Below the pieces are notes generated by a model. The model did not search any database, was not told where the DNA came from, and was given only the letters and a program-made list of their open reading frames with translations. A stretch of 64,000 bases of DNA from Octopus sinensis (taxonomy: Eukaryota), in contig NC_042997.1 of NCBI RefSeq assembly GCF_006345805.1, positions 198,214,001 to 198,278,000 on the forward strand, in the 5' to 3' direction. Positions 1 to 12,639 of this stretch are shown here, piece by piece. The translations under genes and the position numbers were made by a program. Position 1 is the stretch's first letter. The number at the start of each line of letters is the position of its first letter.

Positions 1-24
1 ATAGAAATAATATATAACTATAAG

Positions 25-340
25 TGCGTATGTGTGTGTGTCTGCGTAATATATATATGTGTATATGTATATATGTGTGTATATATGTGTATATATTTAT
101 GTGTATATATATATATGTGTGTATATATGTGTATATATGTGTATATATATGTGTATATGTATGTATGTGTGTATATATGTGTGTGTATATATGTGTGTGT
201 ATATATGTGTGTATATATGTGTATATATATATATGTGTATATGTATGTATGTGTGTATATATGTGTGTGTATATATGTGTGTGTATATATGTGTGTATAT
301 ATATGTATATATATATGTGTATATATAAGTATATATATGT
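25..340. repeat. Compound (TA)/(TG) microsatellite
   Basis: Continuous alternating TA/TG dinucleotides; source of the spurious YI/CV ORFs. Confidence 0.95.
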
Positions 341-637
341 TTATCAGTAATACAGTGATTGTTATTAACTTTTAACCGTGGTGAACTGTATTCACACATT
401 TTTCTCGCATTTTCTTATATGCTTGTACTGATGAGTTATGTTTCATCTTCCGTGATTTTATACATGTATATTCTATGATTAAATGTTCGAGATATGAAAT
501 GTTACGTGGATGACCTTATATTCGTTTGTTCTGCAACCATAGTTTAATATATATATATATGTATATATATATATGTATGTATATTTATAATGTTAATAAG
601 GTGAATGACGATTTGTACATTCAGACTTTATTCATAG

Positions 638-1086
638 TTGGTTTATTCATAATAATCATCCCATACGTGTTTCGATAGAATTAGTTGCATATTATTCCAT
701 TTTTCATATGCCGCGATTTACGCATTGTTAGTACAATCACTTCAGGGTGTATAAATATGACATTGTTCGAAGAGGAATTTTACTCCGTTATTACTTTGAA
801 AAGGGCTTGGTAGCAGTAGTAGAAAACCATGACATTCATCGATGAGCTGCTTTTCACAACTGCTGAATTTTACCTAAACAATCACTTGTGAAAAGCGGCT
901 CATCGATGAATGTGATGGTTTAATGTTACCAAGGCAGGTTCAAACTAATAACGGAGTAAAGCCCCTCTTCGAACAATGTCGTATTTATACACCCTGAAGA
1001 GATTATACTAATAATGCATAAATATTTAACAATATGCAATTAATTCTATTGAAACACGTATCGGACGATTATTATGAATAAACCAA
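638..1086. repeat. Long imperfect inverted repeat (foldback/MITE-like), arms ~200-220 bp
   Basis: ttggtttattcataata (638) pairs with tattatgaataaaccaa (ends 1086); inner acattcatcgatgagctgcttttcacaa pairs with ttgtgaaaagcggctcatcgatgaatgt around a ~25-nt loop. Confidence 0.85.
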
Positions 1087-1211
1087 TGGTAAATAAACAT
1101 AAAGTTTGAATTTCAAATTTTTCATTCCCCTTATTATCAATATTGTACTTTACACTCTAATTAGCCAGAAAACAAAAATGTAACATCGGATGAGAGTTAA
1201 AGGAAATTTAC

Positions 1212-1283
1212 CATAAAATGCACCATCTGAAGGAACCAACCCTGGCGTTGTTGGCATTGTAGATGGAAAAATACGGTATCTAC
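1212..1283 (-). CDS. Candidate 72-nt exon (RYRIFPSTMPTTPGLVPSDGAFY, or VDTVFFHLQCQQRQGWFLQMVHFM in the other open frame)
   Basis: ccAG acceptor and ATG|gtaaat donor, symmetric length, two open frames; but the upstream tract is purine-rich (GA)n. Confidence 0.2.
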
Positions 1284-1322
1284 CTGGATATTATATCCCT
1301 CCTCTCTCTCTCTCTCTCTCTC

Positions 1323-1364
<42 letters not shown>

Positions 1365-1448
1365 TAGGGGAGAGAGGAAGTTGTTGGCATTGTAGATGGA
1401 AAAATTCGGTATCTACTGGATATTATATCCCTCCTCTCTCTCTCTCTT

Positions 1449-1499
<51 letters not shown>

Positions 1500-1590
1500 T
1501 ATATATATATATATATGAGATAGGGGAGAGAGGAAGTTGTTGGCATTGTAGATGGAAAAATTCGGTATCTACCTGGATATTATATCCCTC

Positions 1591-1622
<32 letters not shown>

Positions 1623-1750
1623 CTATATATATATATCTATATATATATATATATAATAGATATATATATATATATATGAGATAGGGGAGAGAGGAAGTTG
1701 TTGGCATTGTAGATGGAAAAATTCGGTATCTACCTGGATATATATCCCTC

Positions 1751-1811
<61 letters not shown>

Positions 1812-1876
1812 ATATATATATAATATATATATATAGATATATATATATATATATATACATAGGGGAGAGAGGAAGT
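1247..1876. repeat. Tandem repeat, 4 copies of a ~130-180 bp unit with embedded (CT)n(TA)n
   Basis: gttgttggcattgtagatggaaaa...ggtatctacctggatattatatccctcc starts at 1247, 1380, 1536 and 1697. Confidence 0.95.
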
Positions 1877-2470
1877 GTGATAGTGAGACAGGAAGCAGGT
1901 GCGATTGATGGTTGTATCTATTCAAACCAGCAACGGTTTACGGCCATCATACCCGTTACTATTCCTAATGTCCTGATGATTTTTGGCGATGTTTGAAACT
2001 TAAACATTAAAATCGATATATAAAATAATGATACCAAAGTTTTAATCTCTAATTTAATGCCAATCAAGAGATGTCACATAATCAATTACTTGTGCTGGAC
2101 AGATTGAATAAATAAATAAACAAAGAATGTCTGCTTAAGAGAGATATTTAATATATATGTAGTAAAATTCAACTCACGACGGACCATCAGACAGAAAGAG
2201 AGAAACAGAGAGGGAGAAGGAGAAAGAGAGAGAGAATGAAATATAATGGATTTGTAGAAATACAATTCGTGGCTGGAATATTGATAATGTCATTAGGATA
2301 TGTCTGACAAAAGTGAATTAACAATCATCAATCGAATAACGATGTATTTTATTTCGTTGGATTTCAGTGAAACAAGTAATACGTGTAGTTCTATGAAAAG
2401 AAATTCATGGAAAATTCTACACATTTTATGGGATTATCAGTTTTATATATATATATATATATGTAGTATA

Positions 2471-2631
2471 GGCGCAGGAGTGGCTGTGTTGTAAGTAGCT
2501 TGCTTACCAGCCACATGGTTCCGGGATCAGTCGCACTGTGTGGCACCTTAGGCAAGTATCTTTTACTATAACCTCGGGCCGACCAAAGCCTTGGGAGTGG
2601 ATTTGGTAGACGGAATCTAAAAGGAACCCGT

Positions 2632-2709
<78 letters not shown>

Positions 2710-2863
2710 GTGTGTGTGTTGTGTGGTGTTTGTCACCCATCATCGCTTGACAACCGTAACCTAGCGGTCCGGCAAAGAGAGCGACAGTTTACAAAGAATA
2801 AGTCCTGTGTTCGATTTGCATGGCCGCAGTCAAATGACTGAAACAAGTAAAAGTAATATAAAA

Positions 2864-2866
<3 letters not shown>
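2471..2866 (+). mobile_element. tRNA-derived SINE, type A (internal (TA)n, GTAAAAGA-type tail)
   Basis: A-box-like tggctgtgttgt and B-box-like gggatcagtcgc, central ggcaccttaggcaagt, internal TA tract, tail tggccgcagtcaaatgactgaaacaagtaaaa; many sister copies in the window. Confidence 0.9.
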
Positions 2867-2957
<91 letters not shown>

Positions 2958-3107
2958 TTAGGGAGTAAATCCAAACTTACAGGGAAAAATTAGATTTAGG
3001 ATTAAATCTAATTTTATTGTATAAATATATATTATATTAAATTAGAGACAAAACCACTATTAGGCAAATCAAACAGTGAAAATCATAAACCAATCTAAAG
3101 AAATAAA

Positions 3108-3570
3108 ATGGAAGAAATACAAACCTATTTCGGATTGATCACCGACAAAGACGGTGAATCTAGGATAACACCACCAAACGAAATAAAAAATAAATTTAAA
3201 GAAAAGACTATTGCCTATAAAGTATACTATGTAGAGAAAAAAACGATTTGAACACCTGGAGGAAAGCACCATTGAAAAATGTCTTGGTGCGACTATGAAA
3301 GATATCAAGTACCAGAGGCGGTAAATTCGCCACAATAGAAGCAAGGTTCGAGTCAATAGAGCATGCAAGGGAGTGCTTGACTCGAACCTTGCAAAGTGGA
3401 AATATTTTATTTTTACCTTTATATCTGGGGCGTAGGACGTCCCGGATAAAAGTTTTAAATGCCCCCCCCCCATAAGTAGAGGTAGGCTGGATTGTAGCCA
3501 CACTTCTATACAAGAGAGAGGACAAGATACAATTGATCGAAATTATAAGAGACGGGCTAACAATTCCAGT
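3108..3570 (+). pseudogene. Frameshifted coding remnant, probably a non-LTR retrotransposon ORF1
   Basis: MEEIQTYFGLITDKDG...GGKFATIEARFESIEHARECLTRTLQSGNILFLPLYLGRRTSRIKVLN reads through with frameshifts; family assignment is inference. Confidence 0.4.
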
Positions 3571-4100
3571 CTGTTATATATTTTGGGTATTGTTATCACT
3601 AGCGATATCAAGATATAATTTTGTATTTTATGTGTAGATGTATATATATAGATGTACATGTAATATGTACACATATATATACACATATATACATGCACTA
3701 GCACTATGGCACGGCAACGACGGGTCTTTAATGCTAGTATATATATATATATGTGTGTGTGTGTACTTATATATGTCTGCGCACACCTTTGAATGCAGTG
3801 TATACCACATCAGATTCTATGATGGAGTTAAGGTGTAGGTACAGGAAGTGGCGAAAATCTGCATAAGGAGTAGACACCCACCATATATATATACATATAT
3901 ATATATATGTATATTATATATGTATGTGTGTTTATGTGTGTGCATGTATATATGTGTATCTATGCATACATACACACGCACATACGCACACACACATATA
4001 TATATGTATGTGTGTTTGTGTGTGTATGTGTGTGCATGTATATATGTGTATCTATGCATACATACACACGCACATACGCACACACACATATATATATATA

Positions 4101-4144
<44 letters not shown>

Positions 4145-5538
4145 GCACAGCTGAAGAAGACTTGGTGTCGAAACGATGAAAAGTCAAACTTTTAAATAGT
4201 ACACACATACACACGCATATACACGAGCTCACACACTCACGCACACATATATAATCTGTGTGCTTTTGTATACAAAGACAGAGAAGGTGGAGGAGAGGAG
4301 GCAACGAGTAATTAATATGTAAATTAATGTAAATAGGGAAAGAGACCGATTTCGCTGAGTGTTTTACGAAATAAGTTGACATACTCCACGCAAGATAGGA
4401 AAGAAAACGGAACTGAAAACAAATCAAAACTATTTTTCTATTAACTCACTTCTGCAAATGTCGTTTGTTCTTGTGACGTACAATTTAGAAGAGATTATTT
4501 TTTGTTAATATATTTTTTGTATTTTGCAACGTTTCTAAAATATGCACTGCAGGGCAGTAATAAATGGAAATGTCAAAATGGAATGAGGTTCCCTATCTTT
4601 TGATAAATAAAAAATAAAAGTATAAATAAATGAAAAAATAGATTGATCTCCTCCAGTCAAGAATGCAATATCAATTAGTATTTTAAAAATTAGTTCAATC
4701 TGAATGATAAAAAAATGTTGAGGTTTTCCTAACATTTCATTGCTTGTATTTGTACCTTAATTTTTTTAATCGGGGATTCTTTTATTCATTAGATTGACAC
4801 AATTTTCTTGGAAGCTTGAAACCTAAACAAATTTAAAGATTTAATCATTGCTCTATATGATAACTTTATGTGGCAAAATCAGGTTACGAAAAAATACTTT
4901 TACCTTTCGTTCTGGCAACTCTTACACTAAACGTCGCATCTCCTTTCCATAATTTCCCATTTGACTCTGTAACTACTCCAATCTCTCAGGTATAACGTTA
5001 TTTTCTTTTATTTTCAAAAGGAATTGAAAACTCTGATCTTTCGGTTAAAATTCCCTTCGCTTTGCAAATCGCTAATTGCCTTGCGCCTTCACACTCTTTA
5101 ATCAATGAAGCAATTAATTGCCACCTTCTCCTCGTTTTAATCAACTAGTATTTACCAAATAACTACACATTACTCTCTGTCTAACGTCTAACGTATGGCT
5201 GACTTTCCTTTACATTCCACTCGGTCTTTCTGGCCACTGACATTCTATCAATCCTTTTCACCTAGGTAATATCTCATCTCCTCTTCTATATTTGTTCTAA
5301 ACTTTCAGTGTCCCTAATGCAATGAACTGGCAGAAACGTTAAGGAGTCGTACAAAGTGCTTTGCGGTAATTAATCTAACACTGCGTTTCCTTACTGCCAT
5401 CTTTAACTTTGCCGTTTATCCCTTTTTGTTCGATATCATAAAATACGTGTTAAGTACTCAGATCAATGATATCGAATAAACCTCTCTATTCAAAAGTGCT
5501 GGCCTTGTACCAAAATTAGAAACCATATTTCCAGTCTA

Positions 5539-5827
5539 GGCGCGGGTGTGGTTGTGCAATCACGTGATTTCTGGTTAATTTCCATCGTCATCCACTATTG
5601 ACCGCAAATTGCTTTTTGAGTGAATTTGGCAGACGAAAAGTGTGTAGAAGTCCGCGCATATATATACATAGCGGTCACTTAGCGGTTCGGCAAAAGAGAC
5701 CGATAGAATAAGTACTGGGCTTACAAACGAATAAGTCCCGGGGTCGAGTTGCTCGATTAAAGGCGGTGCTCCAGCATGGCCGCAGTCAAATGACTGAAAC
5801 GAGTAAAAGAGTAAAAGAGTAAAATAG
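5539..5827 (+). mobile_element. SINE type A, degraded 5' half, intact tail
   Basis: Tail ...ggcggtgctccagcatggccgcagtcaaatgactgaaacgagtaaaagagtaaaagag. Confidence 0.85.
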
Positions 5828-6280
5828 TATACATACATACAAATATATATATGTATATATATTGATTCAATTTTGGGGGATTAAGCGATATGCGGGTATT
5901 CTATTTCAGATAATACAAAAATAACTTAATGAGTATATCTGAAAGTAAACTCATGGTATCACTTTGCACATCACAAAATAATACTTAAAGGATATAACCG
6001 AAATTACCAGCAGGGTATATGATATACTTCATTAATTTTCCCCTATTTTAGTTAATACTTAAATTTATTAAATATGAAGGGAGTACACGTGTTTCAATTT
6101 TGGAAGATTACAATATATATACATATACACAATTGAATACATATATATACACACAAATAAATACATTTATGCCATCTTCAGATTTACAATTATTCGAACA
6201 CATCTTTAGGTTCTTTTTCAAAGTATTATATATCTAATTTTAAAAATATTGCTGACTTGAGTGGGCTTATATACATATGC

Positions 6281-6318
<38 letters not shown>

Positions 6319-6320
6319 GC

Positions 6321-6391
<71 letters not shown>

Positions 6392-6509
6392 GCATGTATA
6401 TATATACATATACACATACATACATATGCATGTATTTATACATACACACACATATATATATATATATAATATATATATATATATACGTATGAGCGTGTGT
6501 GTACATCTA

Positions 6510-6720
6510 TGTATATAATATGTGTGTGTTTGTTTGCGTTGGTCCCCACCACTGTTTGACAACCGATGTTGCTTTGCTTACGGCCCTTAACATTAGCAAT
6601 GAAGTCCGATAGTATAAGTACTCGACTTAAAAATAAGTACTGTGGTAGCTTTGTTCGATCAGAACTCTAAAACAAAAAATGGTGCCCAAGCATGGACACT
6701 GTTCAATGAGTTAAATAAAA
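6510..6720 (+). mobile_element. SINE type A, 3' half (old)
   Basis: tttgacaaccgatgttgct...aagtac...ggtgcccaagcatgg matches the type A 3' half. Confidence 0.7.
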
Positions 6721-7097
6721 TATATTCCTAGAGACATTTGAAAGAGGAAGAGATATGCTCGAAACGTCAGATCTGTCATCCTGCAACGTCTGAATCTGAA
6801 ATTGTCCAAATTTCCTATCTTTATTTTATGAAAATCTATCCCTTAAATGTTATTATAACATTTATTTGAAAAGTCTTATTTATATGTTTGAAAGTCTATA
6901 GCTAAAAGATCAAATTAATTTGGATTACATTTCAGGTAATCTTAGCTATTTTATCGATAAATAATCATGAGAAACAAATAGAAATCGAAGAGAGATGCGG
7001 AGAAATTGATGTTTAATTAAGTCTCAGATGTTTTCATATTTATTTTATGGGAATATATTCAGAACGTATTTGCACGATTTGTTATATATTTAATTAC

Positions 7098-7163
7098 CCT
7101 TAAAGCTTTTACTGCAAGGCCTGCGTCAATGTTTCTCAGCGCTGTTCTTTCAATATGGATATT
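7098..7163 (-). CDS. Candidate 66-nt phase 0-0 exon NIHIERTALRNIDAGLAVKALR of an unidentified gene
   Basis: Pyrimidine-rich acceptor ...tttccttataatcactAG, donor AGG|gtaatt, only phase 0 is open, higher GC than flanks. Confidence 0.45.
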
Positions 7164-7644
7164 CTAGTGATTATAAGGAAATTTGATATATTTAAAAGGA
7201 AATAACAAAAATATGAGTTATGTTCCGGAGGTCATAAGGTAATCTAATGCTATTCTTTATCAGGCAAGAATATTTTTCTATCTTTGTGTACTTTTGATTT
7301 TACAGAGACAAGTACAGCATTTCATTATTTATTTCCTCATTTACGGAAGTGACTGAAAGTTGAGATAAACTTTTAGTTCACATACAGTGATTTCTGCTTC
7401 ACTTTGTATTAGATTGTAGATAATTCACGATAAGTCATAGCTAGAGCTTTCCGAATTCACTCGGTAGTTTACTTCTCATAACAATATATATTTGTCTGAA
7501 TTCTTTTAAAGAGAAGCAGTTTTGATTTTGTGTAATTATTTTGAGCGATCTCCATTACTCTATTACATTACTAACCAATGTGTTATGTTACAATTTGCGA
7601 AAGCTAATTATAACACAATACATTTAAACAACTAGTATGTGCAG

Positions 7645-7800
7645 GCATGGGTGTGCGGTTAAGAAACTCGCTTTGCAACCACGTGGGTTCGGGTTCAGTA
7701 ATACCACGAATCATCTTAGACAATTGACTTCTACTATATCCTCGCATCGAGTGAATTTAGTAATCTGAAATTATGAGGAAGTCCGTCGTGTATATATATA
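7645..7800 (+). mobile_element. SINE type A, 5' half (old)
   Basis: ggcatgggtgtgcggttaag...ggttcagt...cttctactata...gtgaatttag...gtccgtcgtgtatatata. Confidence 0.65.
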
Positions 7801-8055
7801 TATATATATAATGGAGATATTGCAGTTAATAAATATTTATTTAATCTTTATTGGGCTTAATTGAAACGGCTGTAAGGGACTGCTTGATTTTTGCTGATGA
7901 TAAATTTTCATTAACTGCAATGTCTCCATGTTCTTATTTTTCATTTGAAACATTGTAAACCACAGCTTATAATATAAACCTGTTATTTTATGGATATTAG
8001 GTATCGAATCAGTAATTCCTCGGATGACACCATCCCTTAATGAGGCTAATTGAAT

Positions 8056-8110
<55 letters not shown>

Positions 8111-8702
8111 TTATTTTATAAAATAAATTAATTTACTCTGCTATGTATTGAGTACCTTATTTACTGTGGTTAACCCCGACTCAACCCGGGACCTATATAT
8201 ATATATATATACCTATCTGTGTGTATTAGAGGAAAAGAAAAATAAGAACCAAGTTTTTAAAGTCATTTAAAATAATTTAATTAGGGCAAGGTGAATTTGA
8301 AGTCTTATAACCGTTTCTGGGATAACCCAATTGGTTGCTTAGTATGTCCGTGCACTGGGTATTTCGTTATCAGAGACAAGGTATGAATATTTTAGTCGGG
8401 GAAAATTTCCAGTTTACAAGGAATAAAATTCACAGTTTATGAGGGATAAAATAGAAGAATAAAGCGCAAAAGTAGTTGGAAGAATATAGCCAGGAGAATA
8501 ATATTCACAACTCATCTTTTTCCAGAGGATCTTGATGTTGGTCGGTACTTCCATGAACCTAATGGTCGACCAACTATAGCACTTACCCTGCGTACCTATA
8601 CCTCTAAATCACAAATAAGTGAAACCTCTCATATTCAATATGTATTTATGTATGTATGTTTGTATGTAAGTGTGTGTCTCTGTCTGTCTGTCTGTCTGTA
8701 TC

Positions 8703-8779
<77 letters not shown>

Positions 8780-8780
<1 letters not shown>

Positions 8781-8975
8781 TCTATCATTCGCCATGATAG
8801 ATCGCTAGCCACTACACTTTCTTTATTTTCTCTCTTTGTTTCTTTGTGTTCCTTTTTGTGGAAGAGCGTAGGCTCGAAATGTTAAAGACTTTTTCACTTC
8901 CCGAGTGTTATACGAATACATCTGTCTGTTGTCTACACCACCTATCTTCCTCTTTTGTGTTTTTGTGAATTCACC
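8780..8975 (+). mobile_element. Penelope-type remnant with hammerhead-like motif (GAGCGTAGGCTCGAAA family)
   Basis: Same ~190-bp sequence at 15820-15990, 18886-19050 (-) and 35030-35210. Confidence 0.7.
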
Positions 8976-9002
8976 ATATATTTATATATATACATACATA
9001 TG

Positions 9003-9310
9003 TGTGACTCCGCGATTGCCCCTTATCCACAGCGATCACCGGAAAAGCCTGTTCGTGAGATTAACGTTCAAGCGATTGAGCACTCCGCAGCCACACGTAG
9101 CCTTAACCTAGTTCACTGGGAGATTCAGTGTGACACATAATGTAACAAGATCAACCCTTTGAATTACAGGTACAACTCATTTTTGATAGCTGGGTGGACT
9201 GTACCATCCAGAAATAGTGTCTTGTTCAAGGACACAAGGCGCCACCAGGTATCGAACTCGCGACCTTACGATCAAGAGTCGAATACCTAAGCTACTAAGC
9301 TGCACACCTT
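9003..9310 (-). mobile_element. tRNA-derived SINE, type D (CORE-like centre, tail shared with the type C copy at 27801)
   Basis: Reverse complement: A/B-box head (gcttagtagcttagg...gagttcgatacc), ttgtgtccttgaacaagacac, then gtacctgtaattcaaagg...gtgtcacactgaatctccc...cgttaa. Confidence 0.75.
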
Positions 9311-9429
9311 CACTTTCTCGATTGCAGGTCTTAGTATAAGTGCAGATAATTCTTCTGATACAGTAAATACTATTCATGCAGTATATACCGTGAATATTCC
9401 TGTTTCTTACTGATGCTTCATTTTCCTAG

Positions 9430-9484
9430 GTAGAACAGTCAGTCTTTTTTTCTCACAAACATACCTCGGAAGGCTCAGGGAAAT
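9430..9484 (+). other. Candidate 55-nt plus-strand exon
   Basis: cttcattttcctAG acceptor and AT|gtaagt donor; two open frames; conflicts with nearby minus-strand candidates. Confidence 0.2.
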
Positions 9485-9651
9485 GTAAGTAACAGGTATA
9501 ACCTACATCTCCCTATCTTTTCAACCTCTTTATGTAACGAACTGACGAGTCTTGCTAAGCTTCAATTGTTATAGTCTTCTTATATATCTTCATTCAGTTC
9601 AAAAGTCGACTGGAATATTTCTTGATAGTTACCCGAACTCCAATAGCTAAC

Positions 9652-9727
9652 CCTAATTTCCTGATATGGTCTGTCCCATAGTAATAACCCACGAGTTATT
9701 TCCCAGTTAAATTTTTTCAGTAAAGAT
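9652..9727 (-). CDS. Candidate exon SLLKKFNWEITRGLLLWDRPYQEIR (phase 2-0)
   Basis: gactctttacAG acceptor, AGG|gttagc donor, frame-compatible with the 7098-7163 exon. Confidence 0.3.
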
Positions 9728-9959
9728 CTGTAAAGAGTCATTTCTTTACTGTTACCCAAACAAGAATATTGTTTTCTCTTTACCAGGCTTGTACGAATGG
9801 CAAAACATCTATGGCGTCTTATTCTTAACACGAAAGGATGAATAGTATGCGTGTGCCGACTTGACTGATTCCGACACTCTGAAAATACGTGTATATATAT
9901 ATAATGTGTGTGTGCGTGTATCATATGTATATATGTATGTATATATACAATTTTATACG

Positions 9960-10352
9960 TACTCTTTTACTTGTTTCAGTCATTTGACTGTGGTCATGCT
10001 GGAGCACCGCCTTTAGTCGAGCAAGTCAACCCCAGGACTTATTCTTTGGAAGCCTAGTACTTATTCTATCGGTTACTTTTGCCGAACCGCTAAGTTCCAG
10101 GGACGTAAACACGCCAGCATCTGTTGTCAAGCGATTTTGGGGTGGGAAACAAACACATACACAAACATACATACATATATTTACATATACATATATACGA
10201 CGGGCTTCTTTCAGTTTCCGTCTACCAAATCCACTCACAAGGTTTTGGTCGACCCGAGGTTATAGTAGAAGACACTTGCCCAAGCTGCTATCCCGTGGGA
10301 CTGAACCCGGAACCATGTGGTTGGCAAGGAAGCTACTTACCACACAGCCACT
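9960..10352 (-). mobile_element. SINE type A, full length
   Basis: Head, centre, short internal microsatellite and tail all present. Confidence 0.92.
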
Positions 10353-10997
10353 TCTACGTATGTATATATAATTTTAAACATCCATCCACGTTCACAAACG
10401 CATACGTATCTCTGTATACTTACACACATATTCCTACATAAAGAGAAAGAGAAGGTGAATAGAGCGGAGAGAGAAAGTGAAAAATCTAGAATTGTGATAA
10501 CAAGATTTTATGTGAGAATTGTTATATGCGTGTCTGTCGAATGTAGCAACTTTTCGCTTCTCGTTTCCTTTAAGAGGTTTTTACGACAACACCTGCGTTA
10601 ATTTAATCAGACTTCATATGAGCGTTAAATTTTTTTACCTGATATTTCGAAAGTTTTCGAATGCTTATTCCAGTCATACGAAGTTGAAAGGAAATATAAT
10701 TTAAAAAGAAAAATCTACAATCTATAAACATAAAATTAGGTTATATTGTCGCTCGGAAGATTTACAATTATGGAATTTACGTTAAGTGCTTCGTTTTACT
10801 GTTTGAAGTCGTCCCACGCAAGAATTTTGGCTTGCATTCACATATCTAAAGCTACTAAAATTCTTCGTTTCGGTTTAAATTTTTGGAGATTAATAGGACA
10901 TCAGAGTTGCCCTGTGTCTCCTAAGAGCTCTAAACACCTCAATATATTGGTTAGTCGGATTGCAAATAGGTTATCTAAATTGGACATATTTTGTCGA

Positions 10998-11370
10998 TTT
11001 TATTTTTTTATTTTATTTTATTTTATCTAGTTTCAGCTCACGAGCTGTGGCCATGCTGGGGCACCGCCATCTGGTTTTGCTACATGGTTTTACTACTTCA
11101 CGAATGCTTTTTAGCAACTGCCATTTGGTGCATGAGAGAGTTCGATGCAGCTGCCCTCATCTGCACCTCCTGCCGTGAAGTTGGTTCAACTGGGATACCT
11201 GACAAGAAGAGATCCAGTTTCATTTTAAAGACATCTGCATCCACCCCATGCAGGTCTCTTAGGTTCTTCGGGAGGATATTGAAGAGCTGTGGGCCTCGAT
11301 ATAAACAATGAGAATAATGTACACGGTACAAGTTCTCATACAAATCTAGTTTGAGCACACATACTCTCAA
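10998..11370 (-). mobile_element. 3' end of a CR1-group LINE (end of ORF2, 3' UTR, A-rich tail)
   Basis: RGPQLFNILPKNLRDLHGVDADVFKMKLDLFLSGIPVEP...AAASNSL is a typical CR1-group ORF2 C-terminus; (ATAAA)n tail. Confidence 0.85.
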
Positions 11371-12130
11371 GAGACCCGTTTGCTCTCCCTAGCTACATAT
11401 ATTTCCAGAGGGTTTCCAAGTTTTTAATCGATTACTCCCCAGCGTGAATCGATTGTATCTATTATTTTGAGAAAATTTTCGATTGCTCAATAAACTGCAT
11501 AGTTTGACTGTTCTGTCTATATGTCCAACTGCTGTTCTGACGTAGGAGAACATTTGCGAAAGATGTAAATATAGCTCCCTTTTTAAAAGCAATTTTCTAT
11601 TTATTCCGAAAATAGAATTCATATAATCAGACTTATACAAGTTTTCATTCAACGGGGAATTGTCTTTGTTTGGACATTTTTGTTTTTATGGAAATTTCAT
11701 TTTCTTTCATATTTTGAATATTTTTAGAAAGTATGATATAACCATGTAATTATTTGCTTCTTGTTCCATCATTTCGTCTCAATATTTCTTTGCATCTTAC
11801 TTTTTCCTCAATATTTTCTCTGTTACTTTATACAAGAAAATCTATGTATGGAGATAAATTATTTGCAGAAGAGAAGTAGAGAGCTAATAACTACGTAGAC
11901 CAAATATATTAAATGTCTCTTACTATGATGATAGTTTAATATTAGTTACATTAGTTTTGTCCAATTCTGGAACTCGTTTCGCTTCAAAGTGAAAGAAGTT
12001 CTCATCTTCTAAACTTTCATTGCAAAATTCTCAATCAATACTTTGATCAATATACTATAAAGAGCGACACATTCAAAAGGAGACGGAAAACGTATCATTG
12101 AAGCTACGAAGTGTCTGTGTGTGTGTGTGT

Positions 12131-12175
<45 letters not shown>

Positions 12176-12261
12176 AGAAATACGAAGAAATATTCAAATC
12201 ACCGACGAAACTATAATTCTGCATTCTACAGTGCACCATAAACTCCCTAATAACCCATTAT

Positions 12262-12440
12262 ATTATAGGTACAAAGACAGAAATTTAGGGGAGGGGATAG
12301 TCGATTACATCGATCTCATGACTCAAGGATGACCCCGAAAGGATGAAAGGTAAAGTCAAACTCAGAACGTAGCGACAGGCGAAATATCGCTAAGCATTTG
12401 TCCAGCGTCCTAACAATTCTGCCTACTCGCCGCCTTGTAA
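12262..12440 (-). mobile_element. SINE type B, degraded
   Basis: gaccccgaaaggatgaaaggtaaagtc...ctcagaacgtagcg...gaaatatcgctaagcattt. Confidence 0.75.
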
Positions 12441-12639
12441 ACCCCTTAATAATGAAACTGTTGAAAGAATTGAAAGCGCAGTCAAGGTGCAGGCAAAGCT
12501 GTGTGGTTAAGAAGCATGCTTTGCGACCACAGTTTCGGGTACAGTTTCATTTCAAAGTATCTCGGACGAAAGTCTTCAACTGTAGACCCGCGTCGATAAG
12601 TGTCTTGTGATTGAATTTGCTTGGAAGTCTATTTGGTCA

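Noticed and set aside
770-800. Hammerhead-like cgaaga-gga...tcc motif inside the 638-1086 hairpin
   Set aside because: Followed by GTTA instead of GAAA in both arms; no stem III.
3700-3737. Second Helitron 3' end (ggcaacgacggg...gctagt)
   Set aside because: The hairpin is degenerate and no 5' end can be found; not supportable as an element.
6902-7370. Plus-strand three-exon model (LKDQINLDYISG/NNKNMSYVPEVIR/DKYS...)
   Set aside because: Weak acceptors and a 67-nt intron; the overlapping minus-strand exon 7098-7163 has better signals.
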